A stretch of 64,000 bases of DNA from positions 43,402,001 to 43,466,000 of the forward strand of contig NC_086097.1 of NCBI RefSeq assembly GCF_963921235.1. The letters are read 5' to 3'. This stretch comes from Mobula hypostoma (Eukaryota). Below, piece by piece: positions 12,191-24,729 of the stretch (position 1 is the stretch's first letter; each line of letters begins with the position of its first letter). A program made the translations under genes and the position numbers. The notes below the pieces were generated by a model. It made no database searches, was not told where the DNA came from, and saw nothing but the letters and a program-made list of their open reading frames with translations.

Positions 12191-13154
12191 AAATGCTTGA
12201 TCGCTCATAACTTTGCATCAGTAACATCTGAGTGTAACTTTGTATTTCTCAGACATACACTTTCCTCTGGGAATGTGGAAAACCACTGACAACTTGTACT
12301 GAAATCAATATGAAAATCTGATTTGCATACAAAGATAAAAGCCATTGGAATGTTAAATTGACCTAACTACTGAATTAATACAGGCAAAAGGAAATTGGAG
12401 TGGCTCCTCAATAGACATGGAGTAAAGCAATTCAGGGTTTTGGGGGAAAAAAATGATACAAATGTGTTTTGAAATCAGATCTCAAATGTAAGACAATCCA
12501 AATAGGTTATATTCTAATAACCTTATTTTCTTGTCTGATTATAACTACTTCTGACACCTGAAGGCAGGGTGCTCTCCCTCATAAACTAACCTCAATTCCA
12601 ATTGCAAGTACTTTGCTTAAAAATTAAAAAACTCATTGGCCAGAATGGAACAACCTTCAAAAGATATGTAACTTAAGTCAATATCCAATATTCACAAAAG
12701 CTCTGTAAAGAACTTTTTTTTTATTTAGGTGAGCATATAATGCAAAAGGGTGGGTGCCTTTCCTTTCCCATTTGTGGAAAACAAAGCAAGAAACATACAA
12801 CCCAACATGCCTGCAGCAAGAAAACAATTTCCTCGCTTTCTTTCATTGTCAAGGGAATTCAGGAAATATCCAAAACAATTAGAAAACAAAGTTGCTGAAA
12901 ATCTGGTGATCTTTGGAGTAAGGCCACAGAATGGCCAGGTAGAGCACATAAGAAATTAATTTCTTTTTAAAATGTTCTTTCCAATTTAGGACATATTGTG
13001 GCAAAGAGGAACAATAATTGATTGGAAAAAGATAGAAATAATTTTTAAAATTCTCACACGACCACAGCTTCCAACACAACAAACTATTCACTATGCCTTT
13101 GGAGCACACCAACTCATATCAACAAAATTCTAATGCTTGTCTGTGAGATCTGCT

Positions 13155-13292
13155 GAGAACCATAGAACATTACAGCACAGAAACAGGCCTTTTGGCCCTT
13201 CTCACTGTGCCAAACCATTTTTCTGCCTAGTCCCACTGACCTGCACTTGGACTATATCCCTCCACACACCTCTCATCCATGTACCTGTCCAA
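13155..13292 (-). mobile_element. CR1 3' tail fragment
   Basis: AACCATAGAACATTACAGCACAGAAACAGGCC is the reverse complement of the tail type at 12150-12190. Confidence 0.7.
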
Positions 13293-14359
13293 ATCAAACC
13301 AAAGCCTGGTTTATATGATCCCTTTTGGGAAAATATCAGGTTAACCTTTGTCAGGGATTACAAATCTGTCCAACTCTATTTACCTCAGATCCTTCATATT
13401 CTGTGAACTTTACATAGTGAAGGAACAGGTATTTGGCCCAACAGTAACTCAGCACTCAAATGAACGATCTTTCCTCATTTTCTATTATATTCTTCCCTGT
13501 TTTATTGATACTCACTTAACTGACGTTTACCCCTGCTGACATAAGTTACCTTAAATGTAACAGTATGCTAGATACATTACACTTATAAAATTATTAACCC
13601 AAGTGATCTATAAGATATAATAGAATAAAAAGAGAAAATGCTAGAAACAGACCTTGGAGCCTCCAGGTGCATGTTTGATGTTACATGCAATCAAATACTA
13701 CCACGATCTCACAGCACTCTTACCTCAGCTTTGGAATTCAGCACTTCAGTCCACATTTGGTTTAAGTCTGAAGTGCTGGCAAAACTGAACTTCATTCGTG
13801 AGCAGGTTATTGGAGAGCAAAGGGTATTTTTATTACTGCTCTTTCATTATCACTGCTTCTAAAGGATGGAAGTCCCTGCTCAAGGTCACGCGGCAATACT
13901 TATACAAGGACTACAGTCATTCAAGATGACTCAACTTCTCAGAGAACCAGGGATCAACGAAAGGAATCCTTGGCAAACCCAGCATTCATGTACCATGACA
14001 CAAAAATTAAGGAGGCTTTATCCATTATTTGGAAATTTAGAACTGAACTGCACACCAGCAATACAGTAAATAAGTAAATTAAACGACAGCTAAACAACAA
14101 ATATTTCAACATGCAAGGTATTATAAAATTAATTCCTAAATTAAGTAGAACAAATATATTTTTATTTAGAGATAAAGTGCCCTTCCAGTGGCACTACCCT
14201 GCTACCCCCAACAACTCCGATTTACTCCTAACCTAGTCATGGGACAAGTTACAATGACCAATTAACCTATCCGAATATGCCTTTGGAAGGAATCCAGAGG
14301 ACCCGGAGAAAACCCACGCATTCCACAAGGAGGATTTACAGAGGATGCCAGAATAACAC

Positions 14360-15445
14360 TTAGTCTCTGAGGCCGACGTCAGAACATCTTTCAAGAGTGC
14401 GAACCCTCATGAGGCATCAGGCCCCAATGATGTACCTAGCAGGGCTCTCAAAACTTGTACCAACCAACTGGCAGAGAGTTCAAATACATCTTTAATCCTT
14501 CACTGCTGCTGTCAGAAGTTCCTATCTGCTTCAAAATGGCAACAATCATACCGGTGCCCTAGAACTGCAGGGTGAGCGGCCTCAACAACTATTACCCAGT
14601 GGCACTCACATCTACCGTGATGAAGTACTTTGAGAGGGTGGCCATGGCTAAAATCAACTCCTGCCTAAGCAAGGATTGGGACCTGCTGCAATTTGCCTAG
14701 CCACAATAGGTCTACAGCGGATGAAATCTCACTGGCTCTCCATTCAGCCTTGGATCACTGGACAATAGTAATACCCATGTCAGGTTGCTGTTTATTGACT
14801 GCAGCTCATACCCTCATTTCTAATCAACAAACTCCAAAACTTGGGCATTTGTACCCCTTCTGCAACTGAATCCTTGACTTCCTCACTGGGCAACTACAGT
14901 CAGTGCAAATCAGAAATATTACCTCCTTGCTGACAATCAACATTGATGCACCTCTGAATGTGCACTGAGCCCACTGCTCAAGTCTCTCTACATCCACAAT
15001 TGTGTAGACAGGCACAGCCCAAGCACCATCAGTAAGTTTGCCATCAACACAACTATTGGTGGCAGAATTTCAAATGGTGAGGACTGGGGATACAGGAGCA
15101 AGATAGGTCAGCTGCTGGAGTGGTGTCGCAGCAACAACTTTACACTCAACATCAGTAAGACCAAGGAATTGATTGTGAGTTTCAGGAAGGGGAAGTAGAG
15201 GAAACACATCAGTCCTCAGTCAGAAGTGGAAAGGGTGTGTAGTTTCAAGTTCCTGGGTGTCAACATTTCTGAGGATTTACCCTGGGCCCAACATACTGAT
15301 GTAATTAGAAAAGCGACGCCGGCCCCCTAGGCCTGAGTCGACATAGTAGTAGCACAAAAGCGGCACAACAGTATCTATATTTCATTAGGAGTTCGAGAAG
15401 TATTGGTATGTTACCAAAGACACTTCACGCAAATTTCTACAGATC
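14360..15445 (+). mobile_element. Degenerate Rex1/Babar LINE RT fragment
   Basis: Interrupted RT motifs (ASGP..VP, FNLSL...VP.CFK, YPVALTSTVMK.FER, LQFAY, L.NISKTKELIV, FKFLGV) with stops and frameshifts. Confidence 0.8.
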
Positions 15446-15449
15446 AAAG

Positions 15450-16700
15450 TTAAAAAGTTCAAAGTTCAAGGTAAAATTTATTATCAGAGTACATACATGT
15501 CACCACACACAACCCTGAGATTCTTTTTCCTGCAGGCATACTTAGCAAATCTATACAACAGTAACTGTAATGGGATCAAAGAACAACAAACTGTGCAAAT
15601 TCAAATACAAATAAAAAGCAATAAATAACAAGAGCATGAAATAACAACGAAGAGTCCTTAAAGTGAGGCCATCAATTGTGGGAACACCAGAAATAGAATG
15701 AGTGTAGTTTTCCTCGTTTGTTCAAGAGCCTGATGGTTGAGGGGTAGTAACTGTTCTTGAACCTGGTGGTACAAGTCCTGAGGCTCCTGTACCTTCTACC
15801 TGATGGCAGCAAGAAAAGAGCACAAACAAGAGAAAATGTGCGGATGCTAAAAATCCAAGCCACACACACAAAATGCTAGAGGAACTCAGTAGGCCAGGCT
15901 GTACCCATGGAAAAGAGTGCTGTCGACGTTTTGGGCTAAGACCCTTCATCAGGACTGATCATGTCCTGATGAAGGGTCTCGGTCCAAAATGTCAACTGTA
16001 CTCTCTTCCATAGATGCTGTCTGGCCTACTGAGATCCTCCAGCATTTTGTGTGTGTTGCTGAGAAAAGAGCATTGCCTGGGTGGTGAGGACCTTCAATGA
16101 TGGATGCCGCTTTTCTATAGCAATGTTTCATGTAGATGTGCTCAATGGTTGTGAAGGTTTTACTCGTGATGTACTGGGCCGAATCCATTACCTTTTGTAG
16201 GAGTTTCTGCTCAAAGGCATTGGTGCTCCCATGATGCAGCCAGTCAGCAGACTTTCCACCACACATCTATAGAGGTTTGCCAAGGTTCTTGATGACGTGC
16301 CAAATCTCTGCAGACTCCGGGGGAAGTAGAGACACAGTTGCGCTTTTTTGCATGATATGTCCAGGACAGGTCCTCTGAGGTAGGAATTTAAAGTTACTGA
16401 CATTCTCCACCTCGGATCCTCCAATAAGTACTGGTTCATGGACTCCGGTTTCCCTCAAGTCTACAATCAGTTCCTTGGTCTTGTTGACATTGTGTAAGAG
16501 GCTGTTGTTATTACACCACACAGCTAAATTTTCAAATCTTCCTCCTATAAGCTGATTCATCACAACCTTTGATACAGCCCACCAAAGTGGTGTCATCAGC
16601 AAACTTGTATATGGTGTTCAAGCTGTAGTTAGCCACATAGTCATAGATGTAAAGCAAGTAGAGAAGGGGGCTAAGCACACATTCCTGTGGTGCTCCTGTG
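15450..16700 (-). mobile_element. Rex1/Babar LINE 3' part, interrupted by a hammerhead hairpin insertion
   Basis: Minus strand GAPQ..VLSPLL, HNVNKTKELIVD, LLPSGRRYRSLRTCTTRFKNSYYPSTIRLLN; (TTTGAAC)-like tail at about 15450. Confidence 0.8.
15823..16061. mobile_element. Fold-back Penelope-terminal-repeat element with two back-to-back degenerate hammerheads
   Basis: Long inverted repeat centred near 15958. 11-bp TSD AGAAAAGAGCA at 15812-15822 and 16062-16072. Both cores have GAAA changed to AAAA. Confidence 0.8.
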
Positions 16701-18009
16701 AAGCATCATGGAGAGTATCTAATTGATTGCATCTGCAATGGAAGGTCTACAGCACAGGATTGGTAAAAGCTGCTGTTTCTTTGGATTTATTACCTGCGTG
16801 GTGAGGGAGAGCTTGCTCTCCATACCATACTGACTTGGCTTGCGTATCACGTAGACAGACTGCTCGGATGCACCATCCATGGATAACCCCAACCACCTGA
16901 GCGCCTAATTGCAATGCACGGCAGTCACAAAACAACAAATTTTACAACATATGCCAGTGATATTAAACCTCCTGATTTTTATTTCCTCAAATATCATTCT
17001 GTAATCTACATGCAGTCCAATCATTAGCATCTCACTCTACATTGGGGGTTCTCAATCTTTTAATGCTATGGACCCCAGATTGGGAATGCCTGCTCTACAT
17101 ACAGTTTGCAGCTCCGATTTCTTTTCAGGTAAAACAGTCCAACAAATTATCTGATTATTTCTCTCCATTAAGTCATCTGAGAAACTTGTCAAATAGTCAC
17201 TAGATTTTTGCCATAATCTTTTCCAAAATAGAATTGAGTTAAGGTCACACAAGACAAAAACAAACTTGTTCATGCCTATCATCAATTACCCATTTACCTT
17301 CTTGGTCAACAGACTACTATGCCATAGAAATTAGTACTCATCTACCAAAATTTTCTACTTCCCCCCACCCAATCAAGTCAGATGTTCCAGATTTAACTAC
17401 CCAAGGATGGAAATAAAAGTTTCCTCAAACTTCCTCTAGACCTTTGGTCCTTCTCCTAAATCTATAATCATCAGTTGTGAAGAACAATTTCTTAATGTCT
17501 ACCCTCTTAGGTTCAAATAATTTTGCATTCCCCATCATAACCTCTGATTCAGTCTCTCCTCATAATTGAAATGTTCCACCCCCACAACATCCTGGTGCAT
17601 CTCCTTAGCATCTTCTCCAGAGCCAAAGCAAACTCCTATTGTTTACAAATCATAAGAAAACAGCACCGGATACCAGCACACAGTCTATCATACCTATACC
17701 GGCTCTTCACCGGAGCACTTTGCCAGTTCCATTTAGCAACGTTTATTCCACAGCTTTGCACATTTCCTGGCCACTATACCTGTAAGTGCCATATTCCAGA
17801 TTCCAGCCACAAACCGAATGAAATTATATTTCTTCAGCTTGCTTAATCTTCTTCCTCTGTTTCATGTGTGACCTCCAGTTCTTGACCTCACAAAGGTAAC
17901 AACATCCCATGAGCCATTCTGACATCAATTCTTGCCTCACGCTTCTCTTCAAAGCATAACTTCTCCAATCCATTTTTTGTAGATCTTCATCAATACCATA
18001 ATGATTGAT

Positions 18010-18225
18010 GTTAATGGTTGTACAGCTCCAGCAACCTGGGCTCAATCCAGCCGCTGTTCTTCCTGTGACCGCATACATTTCCTCCGGGGTACACCGGCTT
18101 CCTCACACATTCCAAAGATGTATGGATTAGTAGATTAACTGGTCACATGGACATAATCAGGTGGCAGGGCTCGTTGAGTTGGAAGGACCTGTTACTGCAC
18201 CGTATCCCGAAATAAATAAATAAAT
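18010..18225 (+). mobile_element. V-SINE-like element
   Basis: tRNA-like head remnant (CCTGGGCTCAATCC), CACATTCCAAAGATG...AGATTAACTGGTCAC core, (AAAT)n tail. Confidence 0.55.
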
Positions 18226-18550
18226 ACCATTCTCTCCCTCTCTTTGTGGATCCCCTGCTGATAAAATATAAAATGCCTCAGTTTCTCAATCTGCCCTGTC
18301 GCTTTTCATAACTTGGGCACCTATTATCTCAGGTCCCTCTGATCCTGCATCTCTTTTAAACATACTTTGTTTTTTCATTCGCCCCTTCAAAATGTATCCC
18401 CTTTCATTTCTCTGTATCTGCCCTGCCAACGCTCTTTACATATTCTACTGCAATCTACCATCATCTTCTTTGCAGTATGCCATACTAACTCTAGAGTTAG
18501 CTACAAATTTAGAAGTTGTGCCTTGCACCCCCAAGGCTATGTTATTAATA

Positions 18551-20892
18551 CAGTAGATTCCAGTTAATTGGGACACAATGGGACCAGTATATTTTGGCTC
18601 AATTAAGTTTCATAGAAATTGTTAAAAAGGTATTAAAAAACCGCTCATTTCTGCATACCTTGACACTGTTTTATTCACCCCTTGTTCAATCCCTTCCCAC
18701 CTATGTTCGTGACACTTCTCACGCTCTGGATTTTTTCAATGATTTTAAGTTCCCCGGCCCCCACCGCTTTATTTTCACCATGGATATCCAGTCCCTATAT
18801 ACCTCCATCCCCCACCAGGAAGGTCTCAAAGCTCTCCACTTCTTTTTGGATTCCAGACCTAATCAATTCCCCTCTACCACCACTCTCCTCCATCTAGCAG
18901 AATGAGTCCTTACTCTTAATAATTTCTCCTTTGGCTCCTCCCACTTGCTCCAACTAAAGGTGCAGCCATGGGCACTGGTATAGATCCCAGCTATGCCTGC
19001 CTTTTTGTTGGCTTTGTGGATCAGTCCATGTTCCAAGCCTATACTGGTATCCGTCCCCCACTTTTCCTTCGCTACATCGACGACTGCATTGGCGCTGCTT
19101 CCTGCACGCATGCTGAGCTCGTTGACCTCATTAACTTTGCCTCCAACTTTCACCCTGCCCTCAAATTTACATGGTCCATTTCTGACACCTCCCTCCCCTT
19201 TCTTGATCTTTCTTGATCTCTGAGACAGCTTATCTACTGATGTCTACTATAAGCCTACGGACTCTCACAGCTACCTGGACTATTCCTCTTCCCACCCTGT
19301 CTCTTGCAAAAATGCTATCCCCTTCTCACAATTCCTCCGTCTCCGCCGCATCTGCTCTCAGGATGAGGCCTTTCATTCAAGGACGAAGGGGATGTCTTCC
19401 TTTTTAAAAGAAAGGGGCTTCCCTTCCTCCACCATCAACTCTGCTCATCCCCTTACACTTCCTCCCTTACCACCATTCAGGACCCCAGACAGTCCTTCCA
19501 GGTGAGGTGGCACTTCACCTGTGAGTCGGCTGGGGTGATATACTGCGTCCGGTGCTCCCGATGTGGCCTTCTATATATTGGTGAGACCCGACGCAGACTG
19601 GGAGATCGTTTTGCTGAACACCTACGCTCTGTCTGCCAGAGAAAGCAGGATCTCCCAGTGGCCACACATTTTAATTCCACGTCCCATTCCCATTCTGACA
19701 TGTCTATCCATGGCCTCCTCTACTGTAAAGATGAAGCCACTCTCAGGTTGGAGGAACAACACCTTATATTCCGTCTGGGTAGCCGCCAACCTGATGGCAT
19801 AAACATGAACTTCTCTAAGCTCTGTTAATGCCCCTCCTCCTGTTCTTACCCCATCCCTTATTTATTTATTCCCTTTTCCCCCCTCACTTTTTTTCTCCCT
19901 CTGCCCCTCTCACATTTACTCCATGCCTGCTCTCCATCTTCCTCTGGGTTCCCCTCCCCCTTCCTTTCTCCCTAGACCTCCTGTCCCATGATCCTCTCCC
20001 TTCTCCAGCCTTGTATCCCTTTTGCCAAACAACTTTCCAGCTCTTAGCTCCATCCCTCCCCCTCCTGTCTTCTCCTATCATTTTGGATCTCTCTCCCCTC
20101 CCCCTCTCAAATCTCTTACTATCTCTTCTTTCAGTTAGTCCTGACGAATGGTCTCGGCTCAAAATGTCGACTGTGCTTCTTCCTATGGATGGTGGGCCTG
20201 CTGCATTTCACCAGCATTTTGTGTGTGTTACTTTATCTGAGTAACAGATTATGTATTTAAATGAAATAAGGAACAAATTAGAACATTACCAATACTATCA
20301 AACTGCATATTAGTTCCTAATAGTCAACGACGAAGAAGTTCATCTATGCAATGAACAAAATCAGTGCAGACACCTCAAGCAGAGAATGGACTTCTTTCAT
20401 ACAATGCTAGCAATGATTGCATCCTCCGAATCTTTACTTTCATTGTAACATTCAAGCTGATTGTCGATGCCTTCAAATTCTTTGTAGTTCCTAAGTTGTT
20501 AAAATAGTGAAATTGTTTCATTTTCACTCCCAGCTGTTTCTGGCATCTCCAAGTCTGAATGCTTGAAACAGATGTGAACAAAACAGTTCTGAATTGTCTT
20601 CATGCTTATTTTTCACCAACTATCAGTGACAAAAATCACTGCTTGTTCAGCAACAACACATGCAATTGATGCTATTTTAAAACTGTCCACTCTAAAACTG
20701 GTGCAGTGCCTAATGCAATTGAAGCTACTTAGAAACCGTTCAGCAACAGTCTCTTGCCCCAATTAACCAGCAATTTTCCCAAATAAATGAACAGAATCCG
20801 GCTATTTTCTCAATTAGTTTTGTTCTTTAAGAGTTACCCCAAATAAGCGGTTGCCCCAATTAACCGATGGCCCAATTAACCACGATCTACTG
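18551..20892. mobile_element. Non-autonomous pogo/Tigger-like DNA transposon split by a Penelope insertion
   Basis: TA flanks (18549-18550, 20893-20894). Imperfect 22-bp TIRs CAGTAGATTCCAGTTAATTGGG / CCCAATTAACCACGATCTACTG. Subterminal CCCAATTAACC repeats. Confidence 0.75.
18645..20230 (+). mobile_element. 5'-truncated Penelope-like retroelement (Neptune-type): RT + GIY-YIG + terminal repeat with hammerhead
   Basis: RT motifs FTMDIQSLYTSIPH, MGT...PSYA.LFVG, FLRYIDD, PFLD. GIY-YIG FTCESAGVIYCVRCSRCGLLYIGETRRRLGDRFAEHL (19502-19828). Pyrimidine-rich 3' region and degenerate hammerhead at 20137-20172. Frameshifts and stops present. Confidence 0.92.
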
Positions 20893-21649
20893 TATATTAA
20901 AAAAACAATAAAACTAACACAGACCATAGGGGAACACCACTATTCCCTTTCCTCTAGTCTAAAAAAAGAACCATTCACCTCAATCTTTTATTGCCTGTTA
21001 CTTAGTCAGCTGTGCACAAATTGAACCTGGCTTCTATGCATAATAGTTTATTTCTAAATGGGACACTATTAAAGATTTTTTTCAATAAAGTATTTGATAT
21101 TTTTTCTTTTTACCAAAAACACCTCAAATGTAATTCACCCAAACCGAATACCAAACACAAACAATAGATAAACCCTCCCCAACATGATTACCTTCACCAT
21201 GGGAGCTATTCCTGCGGGAATGGCCAAGTATTAATAAAACTGTTTATATATCTATATTGCTTTCTTCCTTCAGCTTTTTTTTTTAAACCTCCAAGTGCAC
21301 AAAGAAAAGACCTACATTACTTCTTTGTGGGCCTATACATTACCCCTACCACTGCCTACCTTCCTTTGTTATTTTATTTGTCACCATCTAAACAGAATAC
21401 ATTTTCTTAGCTTCAATCATCTCACACTACTTGACTTATTTCAACCCTGATTAGCAGAACTGTCCCAGTATCACCAGTAGATACAACTGGTTCCTAGCTT
21501 TCATCTCCTGGTAACTATGTTCCCATAATCAGATACCATTCAGTTACGCTGTTAGCTCACGGTTAACACAAGCATTTAGATGTAGCACTCTTAATTTCTG
21601 TTCCGCTTTCCTCCTCTCCCCCACCCCCAACACACAAAACCTGCCTTAT

Positions 21650-22036
21650 GTTAACACATAGCAAATGCTGGAGGAACTCAGCAGGGCAGGCAGCATCTAT
21701 GGAAAGGAATACGATAGTTGATGTTTCGGAGTGAGACTCTTCATCAGGACTGGAATGGAAGAGGTAAGGAGCCGGAGTAAGGTGGTTAAGGAGGTGAAGG
21801 GGTACAAGCTAGAATACGATAGGTGGTGAAGCCAGGTTTTTTTTGGGGGGGAGGAAGAGAATGAAGTGAGAAAGGGAAGTGATAGGGGGGAAAAGGTAAA
21901 GGGCTGAAAAACGAATCTGATAGGAGAGAAGAGTGGACCATGCGAGAAAGGGAAGGGTGCACCGGGGGAGGTGATAAGCAGGTGAGGAGCCACAGTTGAG
22001 AACGAAAGAGGAGGGGAGAGAAATTACCAGAAGTTG
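21650..22036 (-). mobile_element. Penelope 3' end fragment, part of a local duplication
   Basis: Family tail, degenerate hammerhead (about 21716-21752) and purine-rich segment, colinear with 24730-25065. Confidence 0.75.
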
Positions 22037-22199
22037 GAGAGAAGAATTCACAAACTCTTATTTCAAATAGCAGCACCATAAGTCTCTCCACACTTAAAAA
22101 CTTACAGTTCCACCGAAAGTCTTCTTGTAAAGTGCTCTTTATAATTCAAAGAATTCAGCCTCCATATCATTGAAATAAGGTATTCTGAAGACTCTCAAT

Positions 22200-24400
22200 A
22201 CTCAAAAGAAATCCTTCCTTATCTCATCTTAAATAGACATTACCTTATTTTCTGATTCTAAGTTCTGTACAAAAGAAAACATCCCCAAGAATTCAGATCG
22301 TCAAGCTGCTAATAATTTTATTTTAATAAGATCCAAACCTTTCCTAAGATAATCCCCTCATATCTGGAATCATCCTAGTGAACCTTCGCCAACTTGCCAT
22401 CAATAATCTTACCTTAAATGAGGTAATCAATAAAATTACTTTAGATGGCCTTCACTAATACTTTGTACAGTTATAAGACATCCCTGTCTCCTTGAATTAA
22501 AATTCTTTCCAATTATACACTGCATTTAGCTTTATGTCACCTTTGTTTCATACGGGAAGAACCCCAACTTCTGTACTTCAGCTTTACACAGTCTTTCTCT
22601 ATTTAAATCTGTTTCATCACTCTTCCTTCCAAATGAATTTTATATTGTCTTACATTGTATCCCGTTTGTCATTGTTTTGCTTCATCATTCAATCTATATT
22701 GCTTAACTGTTTCCAACTCGTTTGACTTTCCACCTACATTTGTATAAAACCAGCAATGGTCACAGCACTGATCCCTCTGGCACCCTGCTGGTTACAGGTT
22801 ATCCAGTTGAAAATAAACCTGTTATCTCTACATGGCGTTTGGTGCACTTTATTCCAACCTTTATGCTAAAATTACATCCAGCACCATGAACTCTAATCAC
22901 ATTGTTCTTTTACGTGGCACCTTCTTCAGTACCTTTTGATAGTCAAAATATATTATTTGTCATCTCTATACTTCCACAAAGAACTCTAACCAATTAAACA
23001 TCATTTCTCCATCATAGAGCACGTCAACTCTGCTTGATCCAATTATGACTTTCTAAATATTGTTTACCTCCTTCATAATTGATTCTACCATTTTTACCAA
23101 TAATAATGGTTCGGCTAACAGACCTGCCGCCTTTTCATTTTTGCACGCTTTTTGAATCATGCTCAGATTCTGAATCAGGTTTTCATGGAGGACACAAACA
23201 CAATAGATGTGAGTACCACTGGGCAACTGTTGTTGAGGTAACTCGGCCTGCTCTTTCTGGGCACCAACATGATTGATGCCCTTTTGAAGCAGGTGGAGCC
23301 TCCGATTGCAGCAATTAGAGGTTCGAGATATTTGTTTACATTCCAGCCAGTTGGTTGCTACAGGTTTTGGGTGCCCTGCCAAATACACCATTGGGGCTTG
23401 ATGCCTTGCAAGATGTTCTGATGGGCCACTCTGGCAGTTATCCATTCCTCTTGTACTTCACCAAAATTTAAGGAGTTTTGAAAGATTACTGCCACTGCAT
23501 CCACCAATCCTGTAGCTAACTCTTAAGCTATCAGGTCTTTGGGACCCTTCAGGCTGTTAATTTGCCTAATATTCTCTGCTGATGGTAATGATAATTAAAT
23601 CCTCTCCCCAACCACTTCTGTAAACTATCATCGATGCTCATACTATTTTCTACCACAAGGATTGATGCAAAATATCTGTTCAATTCTCTGCCATTTCCTT
23701 GCTACCCATAAACATTTCTGCAGTTTCATTCACTCAGGGCCTTTGTTCACTTTCACCTTTCTCTTCCTCTTTATGGACACATGATTATCAAGTTATTGCT
23801 TCTCACTGAACTTAATTTCCCCATGATTTTATTGTAGTCCATTGTAGTCTGAACTTATCCCTTATTTGCAAGGCTACCACGAGTTGTAGCAACTTTACAT
23901 TTTTTCTTTTCAACATAACACCCTCGTTAATTTTGTTGGTAAGCGTTATTCCCTCTATTCTTTCACTTAGACACTACCCTTCTCACTGGAATACATTTGC
24001 TGGGAGCCATGAAATTCCTCTTTAAACTTTTGCTACCTTACCTGAACCTACTTAATCACTACACTTTAACCAACTCTCTTCAAGTTCCTCAAGTTAAAAA
24101 AAGATTTCCTTTTTCATAGTGAATGCTAAATTCTATCACGTTGTGATCAGAACTTCCTGACGGGTGTTGTATTCCAAGATGGCTTATTTAATCCATCTCA
24201 TTTCATATTATCTGATCCAAATTAGCCTGTCCCTTGATTGGTTCCACAAGGAAGCTATCCCGAATGCACTCAAATTTATTCTTGTATCTTTCATTTTGAG
24301 ATTAACCTAAAAATTACAGTCACCCTGATTAACATACCCCTCATTATTTCATGATTTATGCTTTTTCTTAGTGTTTTCTTTTTATACTTTTCTTACCATT
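22200..24400 (-). mobile_element. Old, highly degenerate CR1 LINE fragments
   Basis: Scattered reverse-complement CR1 ORF2-like stretches (for example 22730-23130, giving minus ...PLLLVKMVESIMKE...; and 23450-24330). Confidence 0.45.
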
Positions 24401-24729
24401 TGTGGGCCTATACATTACTCCTACCACTGCTTACCTTCCCTTGTTATTTTATTTGCCTCCATCTAAACAGAATACATTTTCTTAGCTTCAATCATCTCAT
24501 ACTACTTGAATTATTTCAACCCTGATTAGCAGAGCTGTCCCAGTATCACCAGTAGATACAACTGTATACTAAGTTCCTAGCTTTCAGCTCCTTATAACTA
24601 GGTTCCCATAATCAGTATATCATACCATTCAGTTACGGTCGTAGTTCATAGTTTCAGTTAACACAAGCACTTAGACGCAGAACTCTTAATTTCTGTTCCA
24701 CGCCCCACACACAAAAATCTGCCTTATAT

